A stretch of 64,000 bases of DNA from the human T2T-CHM13v2.0 reference genome, Homo sapiens: the NCBI RefSeq assembly GCF_009914755.1, contig NC_060927.1. One strand, given 5' to 3'. Position numbers and translations under genes: made by a program. The notes beneath the pieces were generated by a model, which was not told the DNA's origin, made no database searches, and was given only the letters and a program-made list of their open reading frames with translations. Below, in pieces: positions 27,451 through 43,439 of this stretch (its first letter is position 1; each line of letters opens with the position of its first letter).

Positions 27451-29720
27451 CTTCCTAAAGCAGGAGGGTTGGGGTACTGGCATCATTTATTGGCATTTGG
27501 TCCTGAAAGCTGTAAAAAGATAGAACAGTATACATAAGGCATATTGAATGAGCAATTGTTAATCTTTATTAAGAGTTTATCACTCAATTCAACCCAGTTG
27601 TTCATCTTTTTCCTGCTGAAATGGACAGTAGTCAGATCTCAATAACCCGTTTCCCATTGCTATTTGTGAATTGTCAGTATTTATTTTAATGATGGAATCA
27701 TTTCTTAAGGTAGAGTTGTATGTTTACTTTATAATGTCTGAATTTGGCTCCTTGTAGAGTAATTTTCTGAACGGGAATTGTGCTTCCATTACCTAATTGC
27801 AAAAAGTTGCCAAAATTTAAAAAGGCACTGGGAAGAAGAGGCGGTACAAGAATTCAAGTGGATCTCAAGGTCTCACTCTTAAAAGAAATGGAAATATTTT
27901 TGGACTGGATTAGCATGACTGAATTATCATCCTATTTGCTGGCGTAATTGCAGTTGGGAGGGGAGAATGAAAGGCATTGCTTTTCTACCCACTTCCTCCA
28001 GTGATACTTAAAACTGAACTATGCTATTCATAAAGTAAATCTTTCTGAGTAGTTTGCAGATTTTACCATCTTTAAAAATGTTAATATACCATTTTAGTAC
28101 CTCATTCTGAGGAATAAATTTATTCTTAATATAATAAAAACTCAGAAAAAAATGACATCAACCAACTAAAATGAAAGCTCAGACTCTAAGAAAACAAATG
28201 CAGATGATGCAAAATACAGCATTGGAAGCTAATGGAAAGGAATACTTCTTAACACTGTCTTACCATCATCAAAAGCAATGAGAAGGAATAAGAATTTACA
28301 TGCTTTTGGTATGCCCCAAATCTTAATATCTTCCAAATGCCATACATTTCAGGCTTCTACTTTTAATTTTCTATGTAGAATCATGAAATAATATTATTAG
28401 TCACATTATACTGGATAGTAAAGTTAATATATTATTTCTATCCTTGCTAATCTTATGTCTTTTTTAGTTTCTGCATGATCTTAGAAATTTGCCAAACATA
28501 AACGTGTCAACGTGAAGTTAAGAAGTGAGACTCACCCGTCCCTGCACAGTCTATACTATGCCCTTTCGCAATAGGTATTTTTTCTACCTTTTCTCTCTGT
28601 CTCATGTTATGGAATTGTAGAGTCTTTTTATTAATTCTCCTATGTTGGTTTTCCATTTAGAATTCTTCTTCTGATACCTTTCCACATAGTGTAAATGATT
28701 TTGTTTTCAATCCATACATACAGAACTTTCCTCTGGATACTAAAAGCCTATGGCCAAATCATGTTGATTTTATTTATTTAAGTCTACAATATGGTAATAA
28801 ATAGAGTAAGTTCTTAATAAGAGTGCTAGTTTATTTACCATGGCAGTTCTCTGTGATTAAATAAATATGAATATAATAGTCAGACTACTTTACCCATGTG
28901 AGGCACATAGCAAGGGAGTTGGCAACATTTTTAACCATATGAGAGGTTTTATTTTTATCTTTGTTGTTTTCAATATTACATAAAATACTTTTGGCTCTAA
29001 TAAATCTTAATATTATCTCCCTCATCAAGTAGTAGGACAAAATCTCCTAGAGGTAGCTAGTTTTGAAAAATCCACACAAAACCAAAATCATTGTAATCAA
29101 TTGTAACCAAGCATCAACTCACTTCATCAGAACTAATCACATAGCCCTAAATAAGTCCTAAAATTTCCCAGACAATGCACAGTAAATTTAAACAACATGT
29201 CGCATCCTCAAAATAATAATAGAACCATTTTTTACCATTAGTTACATTTTTTACCAAAGACCTGCAGACATCTTTTAATATAATTTACTACAATACACTA
29301 TGTAATACTAATGATACATTTCATTCAATTTAGTATAAACCTTGTTAACAATGTATGAAAACAAAGAAAAGAGAACAATAAAGTAGCTAATCATTTATTA
29401 CACTCCAAGTTGCTTTATTTAATAGATTTCAGAGAGAGTAAATTTAGAGAAAGATTGAATTCACAAAGGAGGAAAGACCCTGGGGAGAGGGTCTTATGAA
29501 AACCAGAAGTCAAAGAAATGCCTTCCTTATCCTATCCTAAGAAGAACAGTGAAGATTCAGTAGGAGGTCTCTCAAGGCCCAGAGGCAAAGGAATACAGTC
29601 TTCAGAGCAAGAGAACATTAGGAGCAAGTGGACTGGACCACACAGTGGGCACTCCTGCTATAAGTGCTCAGTGTGATCATCACAATGACTTTAGCTGAGC
29701 TCTATAACTGCTCATCTCTT

Positions 29721-30194
<474 letters not shown>

Positions 30195-30254
30195 TGAAAA
30201 TCCAAAGGCAATGTGGAGCCACCTAGCGGCAGACCAACCAATGGTTTCCAGGTC

Positions 30255-30450
30255 AAAGAATTAAAATTCAAGTCTTTCCTCAACTACTTATTGCCTTTTT
30301 GACATTAGACAAGTCACTGAAACTCTTTTAGCCCATATTTCCTAATCTGCAAAATATTGATAATAACAGTGTTTGTGCTAAGGATTGTATGATAATGGAG
30401 GCAAAATGCACTTTGTGTGCTGTTAGGCATCATGCAAATGTTACTTATCC
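30255..30450 (+). mobile_element. MIR
   Basis: GACAAGTCACTGAAACTCT...TTTCCTAATCTGCAAAAT...ATAATAACAGT. Confidence 0.7.
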
Positions 30451-31210
30451 TTATCTGTTCACGTGTGTGTGTGTGTAAAACTTTCACATGTCACAAATGG
30501 AGAGGAGTAGATGAGAGAATTGCACTCCATGCGATGAGGTTGAGAGTGGGGAGCTATGCCTGGGCAGGAAGCTGCGGATGTGCACACCAGAGCACCTAGG
30601 AATATATACACTAGGTGCTGGCAGTAGAAGACTCTGCTGTGCTCTTAATATCATCCAATTGCTTGCACACGTAGCTGATACAGACCAGGGAAAACTGACA
30701 CCATCTTTATTCAGGGTTCAAACTGAAAAGCAGCATTTCACTGAGGATTTGGTGAGAAATGTATTATACTAATAACATTATAATAACAACCAGCTTAACA
30801 TAGTTGTAAAAATTAATGAAACCATTTAAGCAAGAGCATAATAAATGTTTATCATTTTGGCAATTTTGCAAATAGTTGTTCAGCTACTGTCACAATAGTT
30901 CCTTGTACTCTGCATCTTCCAACATACTTGATGGATTATTATCCCCATAAAGTGCCCGTAAAAGAAAGCAGCACAAGAGAGTTGGCTTATTTAGGATTCT
31001 ATCAACCAGCTGTTACATCCACCAGCACTTCACCCGTATGATCATCAATATTCATGCAAAATCCCAAAATGCCTCCCAAACATTGGAATAAAATGTTCCA
31101 AATAGCTATAGGTTTAGCTGTGTTTTGTGTTTTAATACAGTGAAAATATGAAATCTATTTATGTTATATGTGGAAACACATATCTGCTCTCAAATTATGC
31201 CAAATGATAA

Positions 31211-31698
31211 TGTATTTCTTGCTTACTGTTGTAACAAACCACCACAAATTTAGTGTCATCGAACAACACAAATTTAGTATCTTACCATTCTGGAGATCAG
31301 AAATCCACAAAAGTTTTACAGAGCTAAAACCAAGGTGTCAATAGGGCTGCATTCCTTCTGGTGGCTCCTGGGGCAAATGTTTCCTTGTCTTTCCAGCTTC
31401 TGAAGCTGCCTGCATTTCTTATCTTGTGGACTCTTCTTCCAACTTCAGAGCGCATCGTTCCAACCTCTGCTTTCGGCAGCACATCTTCCTTTCTGACTTT
31501 TACCCTCCCTCTATAAGAACCCTGGTGATCAGATTGGGCCCACCCAAGCAATCCAGGATAGTCACCCCATCTCAGGATCTCAAGATCCTTAACTTAATAC
31601 ACCTGCAAAGTCCCCTTTGCCATGGAAAACAATATATTCATAGATTCTGGGGATTGAGACATGAACATTTTGGGAGGTTCATTATTCAGCATACCACG
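31211..31698 (-). mobile_element. MLT1C/D (MaLR) solo LTR, full length
   Basis: TGTATT...GTAACAAACCACCACAAATTTAGTG...CTGCAAAGTCCCCTTTGCCATG...ATTATTCAGCATACCAC. Confidence 0.9.
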
Positions 31699-31848
31699 GC
31701 TAGTTTACTGTATTATTATTACTTCATCTCTGAAGGAAAATAATGCATTGGCAGCATTAAAAATTTTGTTCAAATATGCCCAGTGAGCCCGTGTGATTGA
31801 GCTCCGTCATCATCATGTTCAATTCTTCCTGCCTAAGTCAGTCCAACT

Positions 31849-32067
31849 CAGGATTTCTCACCCTCAGCACTATTGAAATTTGGACCAGATATTTCTTTGC
31901 TGTAGGAGGCTGACCTGTGCATTGTGAGAGTTTTAGAAACATCCCTGGACTTTTACTAGATGCCCATAGACATTCTCCCCTCCCCAGCTGTGACAATCAA
32001 AAGTGTCTCCACACATAGCCAAATGTCCCATAGATGGACAAAAATCACCCTCAGTAGAGAACCACTA
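31849..32067. mobile_element. MER20 hAT-Charlie MITE
   Basis: CAGGATTTCTCACCCTCAGCACTATTG...GTGACAATCAAAAGTGTCTCCA...GAGAACCACT. Confidence 0.9.
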
Positions 32068-33125
32068 TTCTACACAGAAAGCAGCCAAATTATTGTAATG
32101 GCCCCTTTAAGGCAATAACTCTTAGAAAGCAAAAGATCCAGCGATATTAATTAATGACTAATTTAAAAGGGCAAGTGTAAGTCATTTATCTCAGCATTTT
32201 TGGCTAAATTTACTACTAATTTTATTTGTCCAAGGAAGTCAGAGTTGAGTTTTATTCACTGACACTAACTCATCTACATGGCCTGTTCGAGTGTAGGGTT
32301 ACATATGAGGCATTTAATTACTTGGATATCAGACTAAGAGTAGAAACTTAGTATGCAACATCTCCAAAAGCTGTGAGCCCTTAGTGGCAGGAATCAAGTC
32401 ATACTGTCTTTGTTTCCACAGACCATAATCTCCTCAATCTTAACCCAGCATTATTTCCATTATACTGTGATTGTTCTCAGGCACAGAGGTGATAGCATCT
32501 CTAAAAAGATACAGACCAGGCCCTGGAACCCATTTCTTGGTTAATCCCCTAGGCATTAATTCCCAAGCTTTAGTCATTTGTACACTTCTTTTCATAATTT
32601 TTGCCATTATTTATTTGGAATTTATCTTTAAATTGACTTACTTTTTTAAACATAGATACTACTTTAGCAATATGTAATTCTTCTACAACACATTAAATTA
32701 AATATATGGCTATAAATTATTTAACATTCATCCATGTGCCATTTAAAAGTTTCTCAATATTAGATGCACATATGATACTTTGAAAAACACAGACCTGGAT
32801 GCAACCAACATCAGCAAAGCCTGAATTTTTAACTTTGAACTCTAAAAATGTCTTCCCATCTATTCAACTTCCTCACAGACGAGAGAACAGCAAAGGACAG
32901 TGAACCAAACTGCTCATGGAGAAATGCTGAAAGCGGTCACACCCAGAAAGACAAACTCGGGCTACTGTTTACACACTTTACCTAAAAATCTTCCTTTTTA
33001 TTTTTCTTTAAAATATGACAGTTAAAATGCATGCCCTTAAAAAACAGCATTTCCAAACAATTTGTACTGACACATTCCACATAAGACATCAGCCCGATAA
33101 CTATAGACAAAGCAAACTGAGAAAT

Positions 33126-33432
33126 TAGCATTTCCCAAAGTGTATGCCACTGTTTGTTAGTTCTACAGGATCTTAATAGGCATTACATGAGGAAGAGTGG
33201 GTGGAGAATGGGGTAAGATCTGTGGTCAAATAGGATTAGGAAATGTTATTAAACAAAGTTAAAATGACATTATAAAACTTCTGATACTTTAATATTCTTC
33301 TGTGCTTTGTGAAACTTAAAGGAAAATATATATTAATCAGTCAGTCCTAAATTTATGTGATAAAAAACATTTTTTTCTCTAAGAGCATTTCATGAGACTA
33401 ATGTCCTAAGGAATGTATTTTGGGAAATCCTG
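33126..33432. mobile_element. hAT-Charlie-type MITE (family unresolved)
   Basis: Terminal inverted repeats AGCATTTCCCAAA ... TTTGGGAAATCCTG. Confidence 0.6.
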
Positions 33433-33974
33433 ATCTATCTAGATTAGAAAAAATTTTATTTTCCTCAGATGAAGGTGGGAACAAATTCTAGGGTAATGGA
33501 TATTTTAAAATGCATTCTACCTTAGTTTTTAAAGTCCCTAGAGGTACAGGCTCTCTTTTCTTGATTAACTTTGTTAATCACTGCCTTGCACCCCCAGGGA
33601 CTCAAAAAATATTATTGGATGTGGATGATGAACATGAAAGACAATGTGGCAGTTATTTTACTGGTGGTAGCATGGTTTGTATTGGCTACCCCTTTGCTTT
33701 GAGAAGTAATTAACTTTCATTTTATCTTAACTCATAATGTTCCACAGAATGTGGGCCCTAGTCATCTAAAAACAATCTTTGTTGTAGCTGATATCACCTG
33801 AGGAGCATGAATGGACAGCTGTTAAAATTCACGGAATTAGCAAACAGGATATTTTCCCTGGAGGACTCTGACTTCCTCTCTGTGCACAATGCACAAACCT
33901 GCAAGGGGAATTCTAGATGGAGATTAAAGCCATGAAATTAGTTAATGCAACAAATTTAATTTTCCTAACAACCA

Positions 33975-34181
33975 CAGTTGACCCCTGAACAATGTGGATT
34001 TGAATTGCAAGGGTCTGCTTACACATGAATTTTTTTCAACCAAGCACAGCTTGAAAATTCAGTATTCACAGGATACCAAAAGGCTGACTTTTCCTGTATG
34101 CAAGTTCTGCAGGGCTGATGGCGGGCTTGAGCATGCACGAATTTCTAGAACCAATCCCCTGGGTATACCAAGGGATGACTG
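33975..34181. mobile_element. MER8/Tigger2-derived TcMar MITE
   Basis: TIRs CAGTTGACCCCTGAACAA ... GGTATACCAAGGGATGACTG. Confidence 0.85.
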
Positions 34182-34479
34182 TGTTGCCTATGTTTGAGGT
34201 GAAATTGTGAAAGTGAATGAGATAATGTGGCCAAAATACTGAGCCCAGAACGCCTTCTAAGACAGGTGAACCACAAAATGTCATCCTCAAATGGCTTTTA
34301 GCAGCAGAAGCCATATGAGAGATGTAGCAAGTGATATTGTCATCAAACTGATAGTCATGATACCATGAATTCTTATATAGGGTGTACTACCCAACTGTTG
34401 TGTGAGCTTGGGTAAATCACTTTGCTTTTCTAGGATCCAGTTTCACCTATGGAATGAGAAAGTTGGGGAAGAAGTCATC

Positions 34480-34625
34480 TAGCGTCTTGCTACTCAAAGT
34501 GTGGTCCATGGACCAGCAGCATCAGCATCACCTGGGATCTTCTTGGAAGAAATGTAGAAACTCAGGCCTCACCCCAGAATCTGCCTTTTTATAAGACCCC
34601 CAGGTGGGCCAGTACACAGGTTTGC
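34480..34625. mobile_element. MER5A, adjoining a MIR fragment at ~34385-34480
   Basis: CTACTCAAAGTGTGGTCCATGGACCAGCAGCATCAGCATCACCTGGGA. Confidence 0.85.
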
Positions 34626-34724
34626 TAACTCTCTTCCTGGCCCCTCAGACCACTCTCTACCTACCTCACTGCCACCCAGCCACCCTCATGGGGCTTCATT
34701 CTAAGGGAAGAATTAGCAGTGAGC

Positions 34725-34755
<31 letters not shown>

Positions 34756-34759
34756 GCCT

Positions 34760-34900
34760 CTAGTAATCCAAGCCCTCTCTTTCAACAGGTAAGGTAACTG
34801 AGGCCCAGAGAGGTAAAGTTGATTTCCTGAAACCAAACAGCTAATTAGGAATAGAACCCAGATTTTGTTATTAGTTTTCCAGTGTGCTTTATTATAACGT
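34760..34900 (-). mobile_element. MIR/MIR3
   Basis: AACTGAGGCCCAGAGAGGTAAAG...TAGAACCCAG. Confidence 0.7.
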
Positions 34901-35704
34901 TTCAAGAGAATGGTACCAAAGGGATAGGATCAAATTGCCAAGTGTTAATGTTACAACAAATGAATACCAATGCTTTCTTCTTGCAGAAAAGCCCTTTTTT
35001 AAGCCTAAAAATGACTACTTTTTAATGAAATCACGTTATTCCTGGAGATACTTAGAGAAGAGTTGAGTTACAGGGTACCTCATTCCTCTTCCAGGTGGTA
35101 GCAAAGCCTCAATACTTGGGCCAGATGTTTACTCTCCTCTTTCCTCTGTCTCTCACCACCAACCCCTACTCACACACACCAACCACAACCACCACCACCA
35201 CCAAGTGTAATTCAATTATGAAAACTGGCAGAAACTACATACATCCATGGTACAAGATGCTCACAAGCCCAGTTTTAATCAATAACTCCTCAGCAACCTG
35301 CATTTACCTTGTCTAAAACAACTGAAACCTTCTGTAGCTCAAAAAACCAAGTATGTCTCAAACAACCACAGAAAAATGGATAGTAGGCTGAGAAAATAAT
35401 ATTATGGCCATATCTAAACTAATATTGAGTTTAATGGACATTTGTATATTCCCTGGTAACAAGTCTCTTTTGCCTTGGGGCAATCTTTTCTTTTCCATTT
35501 TGTTCCCACTCCTTTTTTCATTCTTGTCACTGACAGTGACCAAGAAAAAAGGCAAGTTAGTACTATCAAAATCAGGAAGAGTAACAAAACCATTTGAATG
35601 AACAATTGATCACACTGCATTTGGCCTTAGCAAGTCAAATGTGTTCTTCAATTTGCCTCAAGACTATTCTAGGTTTTGCCTGGGAAAAAGTCCTAGGTAC
35701 TATA

Positions 35705-37214
<1,510 letters not shown>

Positions 37215-37235
37215 TACTTAGAACAAAGAAAAAGT

Positions 37236-37535
37236 GGCTGGGTGCAGTGGCTCACACCTGTAATCCCAGCACTTTGGGAGACTGAGGCAGGCAGATCATT
37301 TGAGGTCAGGAGTTCGAGACCAGCCTGGCCAACATGATGAAACCCCATCTCTACTAAAAATATAAAAATCAGCTGGTCATGGTGCCTGTAGCCCCAGTTA
37401 CTCAGGAGGCTGAAGCAAGAGAATCACTTGAACCTGGGAGGCGGAGGTTGCAGAGAGCCGAGATCGCACCACTCCACTCCAGTCTGGGCAACAAAGTGAG
37501 ACTCCATCTCAAAAAAAAAAGAAAAGAAAAAAAGA
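37236..37535 (+). mobile_element. AluSx/Sq SINE
   Basis: Full dimer with A/G-rich tail. Confidence 0.95.
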
Positions 37536-38119
37536 ACTGCATGGTGCCATGTGCACGCTTTGAAAATGATCTTTTTCTCCTCCCTCATAGCATTTAACAT
37601 GATCATCACATCAGAGAATTGTCAAACTAAATGTGTCAAATCAAAAGTTAATTTCAGTGTTTGTTTTATGCCTGATAAATCTAAATTATCAATTATCTTC
37701 CTCATTCTTCAATTCTTTGCTACCTGCAAATCTTTGTACCTTTGAGGGATTCTTTGTTCTTAACCTCTTCATCTTATATAAGATTGCAGGGCTTTATTGA
37801 TAGATCAGCATTCTTCAGTGTGACAAGATTAGGTGATTTACAAAGTTTAGCCAAATAATAAAAATGTCTAGCATGAAAGGAAGCTAAGAACTGAGCAAAA
37901 TGCATACCTTCTTGGTTCTCAAGAAGTTTTTTACTACTGGCAGGAGTAAAAGCTGCAGTAAACTCTTATAAAAGACAGATGTTAGGGAATATAATTAACA
38001 TCCTCTGTGAGCAAATATTTTCTTTTGTTTAGTAATAGTTAAGAGTACTCATCTTAAACCACAATCCAACCAAATAATAAATAAATTTTCCTACCAAGAT
38101 CCTATAGGAGTACTACTTA

Positions 38120-38292
38120 ATGGAAATATGAGAGCTACATATATAATTATAAATTATCTAGCAGTCATATTTAAAAAGTAAAATGAAACAGGTTAATTTC
38201 AATAATATATTTTATTTAGCCAATATTTCTCAAATATTGTCATTTCAACATGTAATCAAAATAAAAATTACTCAAGAGGTATTTTACATTAG
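38120..38292. mobile_element. MER33 fragment (hAT-Charlie)
   Basis: AAAAAGTAAAATGAAACAGGT...ATATATTTTATTTAGCCAATAT...TCATTTCAACATGTAATCAA. Confidence 0.8.
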
Positions 38293-38584
38293 TCATAGTA
38301 GTCCCCACAAAACATGTTAATCTTAAGAGGTTAGAAGAAAATGGTAAATTTAAGAGAAAAGCATAAATGATTTTTAAACAATTTAAAAACCATTTTTGGT
38401 AATAAACCAGCATTTAAGTCTTAAGATAATTGAATTGTCATGGTCTCTTGTTTTTTGTATCAAAAAATTCCAAGAGAAAACTGAAGAATTTTTTCACCAT
38501 CATGGGTGAGATTTGCAGTTAGTGGTCAGGTTTCTCCATAAAAAATAAAAATAATTAAAAATCAGAAGACCAGCTGGATTGGAT

Positions 38585-38700
38585 GTTCTTTCTTCTCCTT
38601 CCCTCCCTCTTTCTCTTACTCTCTCTCTCTCTCTCCGTCTTTCCCTCCTTCTCTTTTCCTGCTTTTCCGGTCCTCTCTCCCTCCTACTTTTCTTTCTATC
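38585..38700. repeat. CT-rich low-complexity polypyrimidine tract
   Basis: Directly visible, includes (CT)n. Confidence 0.85.
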
Positions 38701-38886
38701 ATAGCATTGCCACAATTTTTCATCATTCATTTATTTGTTGTTTTCCTTCTTTTTAACATGTATTGCACAAAATATAGGCTCTGTAGAGCAGGAACCAAAG
38801 GTTTTGTTCCTCGTTATATCTAGAATACTTGCCCCCAAGCCTGGCACATAAGAATCACTGAAAATTTGTTAAAGAATTAAAAAACA

Positions 38887-39252
<366 letters not shown>

Positions 39253-39974
39253 CTAAATATTGTTTATCCTGACATCTGATAGACTAAACAGAAAGAGTGA
39301 AGATATCAAAAGTTTCAACTTCTGTAGCACTTTCCATTCCTGGATATTTAAGAACAACTTATTTCAAATATTCTCAAGATTAGCAGGATTTAGAGCTTCT
39401 CCAGGTCCTATCCTCAAGGGCAGGAAGGATCTGCTAGGGGCCCCTACCAGGAGAAGCCTGGACCGAAGAGGACAAGTCTGACAGTTGGGATATTTTCACC
39501 TAGAGCAACCAACAGCGGCTAAGGCAGAAAGAGAGCTTGAAACAGGGCAAAGGAGGGAAACCAAAGATGGAAGAGCAGATTGGAGGGAACATCCCTCTGA
39601 GGGGACAGGCAGACAGCACAGCACCAAAGGTGTTGGAGGCCTGTTTGCATATGGCCAGCCACTGGTGGGAGATTCCATCTACCAGGGCTCCAGCAAAGAG
39701 AGACTGGGCAGCCATTCATCAGTCCCCGGGGTTACGCAATTAATGCAGCATCATAACAGAAACGAAGACCAGGCATGCCCACACCAGATTCTGACTACCA
39801 GAGTTTAAGGTTGTAACCGAAGTTTCAGAAATAGAGGCATTAGTTTGTAATTCATGAAACAGATTTAGGTATAACCGATTCAGCTCTACTTTGTCATACT
39901 TTCACCACCAACCTCTTAAACCCACTTTTTTCTTGAGTTTTCACATTTAACAAAAATAACTTGTTGTAATTTAG

Positions 39975-40316
<342 letters not shown>

Positions 40317-40855
40317 ACAAAATTTAAAATAACACAAAGAACTTGAGTGTATATTTCAGCTATCAAATGTTTCCTGTTAACTACAGGAGATATTAAAGGC
40401 GTAGCTGCTACAAAGAAAGCTTTGGAATGATTAGATCTGCTAATAAACTTTATAAGTTTATGACTCAGAATTAAATTAGTCAGATTAGGAAGTTAAAAGG
40501 AAAACAACCAAATTGTTTAAAATGCTGGAATTGCCTAAAGAGATGGGGGAAGCTGAGATAAAAGCATGTTTTAGGGAGTTAACTGAAAATGCTCTGGCAC
40601 TAGAAAGGTGACTTGAGACTCTTTCAGCACCTAGGAGTGACTCTAGCTTGAAAAATACACAATTCTAACAATGAGGACTACAAATTCTCACTGACCAAAG
40701 ATAGTTAAAAGACATGAGATACTCAAGATTCAGTGCACCTGCTTACATCTTGGAAGACCAATTTCTTTGGAAAAATTTGTGGATACACATTCGAGCATTT
40801 CTTCTTCACTTCCTAATTTATAACCCAGTTCAGACCAAATTGTATTTTTCTTCTT

Positions 40856-41439
40856 TTTTTAATAATACTTTAAGTTCTGGGGTATGTCTGCACAATGTGC
40901 AGGTTTGTTACATAGGTATACATGTGCCATGTTGGTGTGCTACACCCATCAACTCGTCATTTACATCAGGTATTTCTCCTAATGCTATCCCTCCCCCACC
41001 CCCTCACCCACTGATAGGCCCCGGTGTGTGATGTTCCCTGCCCTGTGTCTATGTGTTCTCATTGTTCAATTCCCACCTATGAGTGAGAACATGTGGTGTT
41101 TGGTTTTCTGTCCTTTTGATAGTTTGCTGAGAATGATGGTTTCCAGCTTCATCCATGTCCCTGCAAAGGACAGGAACTCATCATTTTTTATGACTGCATA
41201 GTATTCCATGGTGTATATGTGCCACATTTTCTTAATCCGGTCTATCATTGGTGGACATTTGGGTTGCTTCCAAGTCTTTGCTATAGTGAATGGTGCCACA
41301 ATAAACATATGTGTGCATGTGTCTTTATAGCAGCATGATTTATAATCCTTTGGGTATATACCCAGTAATGGGATGGCTGGATCAAATGGTATTTCTAGTT
41401 CTAGATCCTTGAGGAATCGCCACACTGTCTTCCACAATG
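40856..41439 (-). mobile_element. L1PA (PA5/6-like), 5'-truncated ~585 bp
   Basis: L1 3'UTR plus ORF2 end (ORF 41066-41437 [25 protein letters not shown]); perfect TSD TGTATTTTTCTTCTT at 40841-40855 and 41440-41454. Confidence 0.95.
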
Positions 41440-41714
41440 TGTATTTTTCTTCTTACTGATAGCACTAGTGCTACCTGGCCAGCTCAGAATACAAATATTT
41501 ATGTAAGAGAAATAGCAGAATTGATGTCAGAGAAGGATCTAGAGTAAGTGTTCAAGTCATTCACTGATTTGAAAGGAAATTATGAAGGATGCCAAAGTAA
41601 CAGAAAGCTGGATCTCTGCCCTCAATTTCCTTATGTTCTAGTTGGAGAGAGAAAATATACACAATTAGAAGCTAAACCACTCCATTAAAAAAGTAATACA
41701 ATAGTAGCCCCCAG

Positions 41715-41875
41715 GCTCCATCACAGCACTTGTCACCATCTGAAATTGCTCTGTGTATGTACTGTATGTATATTTCTTATTTATGACATGTCTTTCCTAT
41801 TAGAATGTATGCTCCATAGGAGAGACTGAGACTGTTGAATGACGAATGTCAGTGTTAACGTTGAATAAAATAGAT
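41715..41875 (+). mobile_element. L2 3' fragment
   Basis: CACAGCACTTGTCACCATCTG...TGTCTTTCCTATTAGAATGTATGCTCCAT. Confidence 0.65.
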
Positions 41876-42832
41876 CACCTGCAGCTGTATATCAAGGTAC
41901 TCAAAAGTGATGCCAATAACGTGAGCTCTAAGCATTAGAGGAGGAGTACAGTGAAGTTTTATAGTCAAGGAATGCTCCATAGAAGCGGGGAAGATAAGTC
42001 AAATTTGAAGAAGTAGAGAAGGACCACCAAAATGAAGGAGGATGTGAAAAGCAGAAACAAGTGCCACTGGTAGAATAGTTATAGGCTAGCTCCTGGGTTT
42101 CTCCACGTGATAAATTCAAAACTAAAACTTCCTCTCACCACACCCACTGCATATGTTCATTAAAATTCCATTCTCTCCATCACATGTATCCAAACTCTAC
42201 AGCCACTTCCCTACTTTGCTACTACCCAACAGCCAAGAATTGTCCAAGTTCTAGAGACTCTACTCCAGCCATTTCTCTCTCATCTGTATACTCTCCTCCA
42301 CTCACACCATCAACATTTGAACCAGCCCTCATTAACATTTACTTTAGGTTATCTAAAAGCAAACACTGCACTTGTAAATCACAGCCTGTCTCTGCCTTAG
42401 TCTTCTCATCTGTACAGTGAGGAGCTTAGAGGGACTAAATCTGTCCACCTTCCTCTTCCTGCTCTCACATCATAGAATTTTATGATGTTTCTGTCCTCTG
42501 CAGAACCTAGCACTGCACTTTGGACAGACAGATGATCAAAGGTTATTTTACATGGATATAATTAACACCAGATAATACTAAGAGAAATTATCTAAGAGCT
42601 TCAACTCAAAGACCTTTTAGAGACATTTCTTTCTTAGGCTTTATTTTACTCTCTCAAATACATTTGCACTCTGAGCACAGGGCTTTCTCCATTCTAACCA
42701 AAAATATAGTTAATTTTCCATTCTAGGGAAAAAACCGAGCTAAAACTTTTTAATCACAAAATTTTAAGAATCAAGTAAATTCTCCATTCTGAATAAATAT
42801 TGACATCCTCTTTCTCTCTCCCCCGTCCCACC

Positions 42833-42885
42833 TCACATACACATACACATACACAGACACAGACACACACACTCTTACACAAACA
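42833..42885. repeat. imperfect (CA)n/(CATACA)n microsatellite
   Basis: Directly visible. Confidence 0.85.
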
Positions 42886-43020
42886 TACCGTCTTTTTTAA
42901 CATTTTAAGTACAGATCAAGCAGTCTAGTGATAATTAATACAGAGTCCTGCTCATAATGTGTGCTGAAATTCCTGACTGTTGATGAAATAATTAGATGAA
43001 TAAAAAACAAGATTAGAGAG

Positions 43021-43185
43021 CAGTGCCTCCCCAGTGCTAATGTGCGCATGAGTCATCTAGGGATGTCACGAAAAGGCAGACTCCAATGCAGTCGGTCTGG
43101 ACTGAGACCGGAGACTCTGCATTTCTAACCCCCAAGTGATATAGAAACTGCTGCTCTGAGAACCAAGATGCTAACAACAAGGTAC
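43021..43185. mobile_element. MER5-family MITE
   Basis: GAGTCATCTAGGGA...GGCAGACTCCAATGCAGTCGGTCTGG...CTCTGCATTTCTAAC. Confidence 0.75.
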
Positions 43186-43264
43186 GAGGGCACAGGGAAG
43201 CTCAGAGATCCTGGTGGAAACTCGCTCATTTTTATAGATGCAGAGCATGAAATAGCGTGAAATG

Positions 43265-43347
43265 CACGTATACCTATGTAACAAACCTGCACGTTCTGCA
43301 CGTGTATCCTGTTGCTTTTTTTATTTTTTTAGAAGAAAAAAAAAAAA
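43265..43347 (+). mobile_element. ~80-bp L1PA (PA8A-like) 3' stub inserted in a MIR
   Basis: TATACCTATGTAACAAACCTGCACGTTCTGCACGTGTATCC + T-run + AGAAGAAAA; TSD GAA(A/C)T(A/C)GCGTGAAATG at 43249-43264 and 43348-43363. Confidence 0.85.
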
Positions 43348-43439
43348 GAACTCGCGTGAAATGGTGTGCTCCGGGTTTCACAGCTGGTGCTCACAGAAAA
43401 GGGACAAGCACAGACAGACAAACACTCCACTGGGAGTCA

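Noticed and set aside
41066-41437. 123-aa ORF with strong protein homology
   Set aside because: C-terminal fragment of L1 ORF2p in a 5'-truncated, promoterless copy
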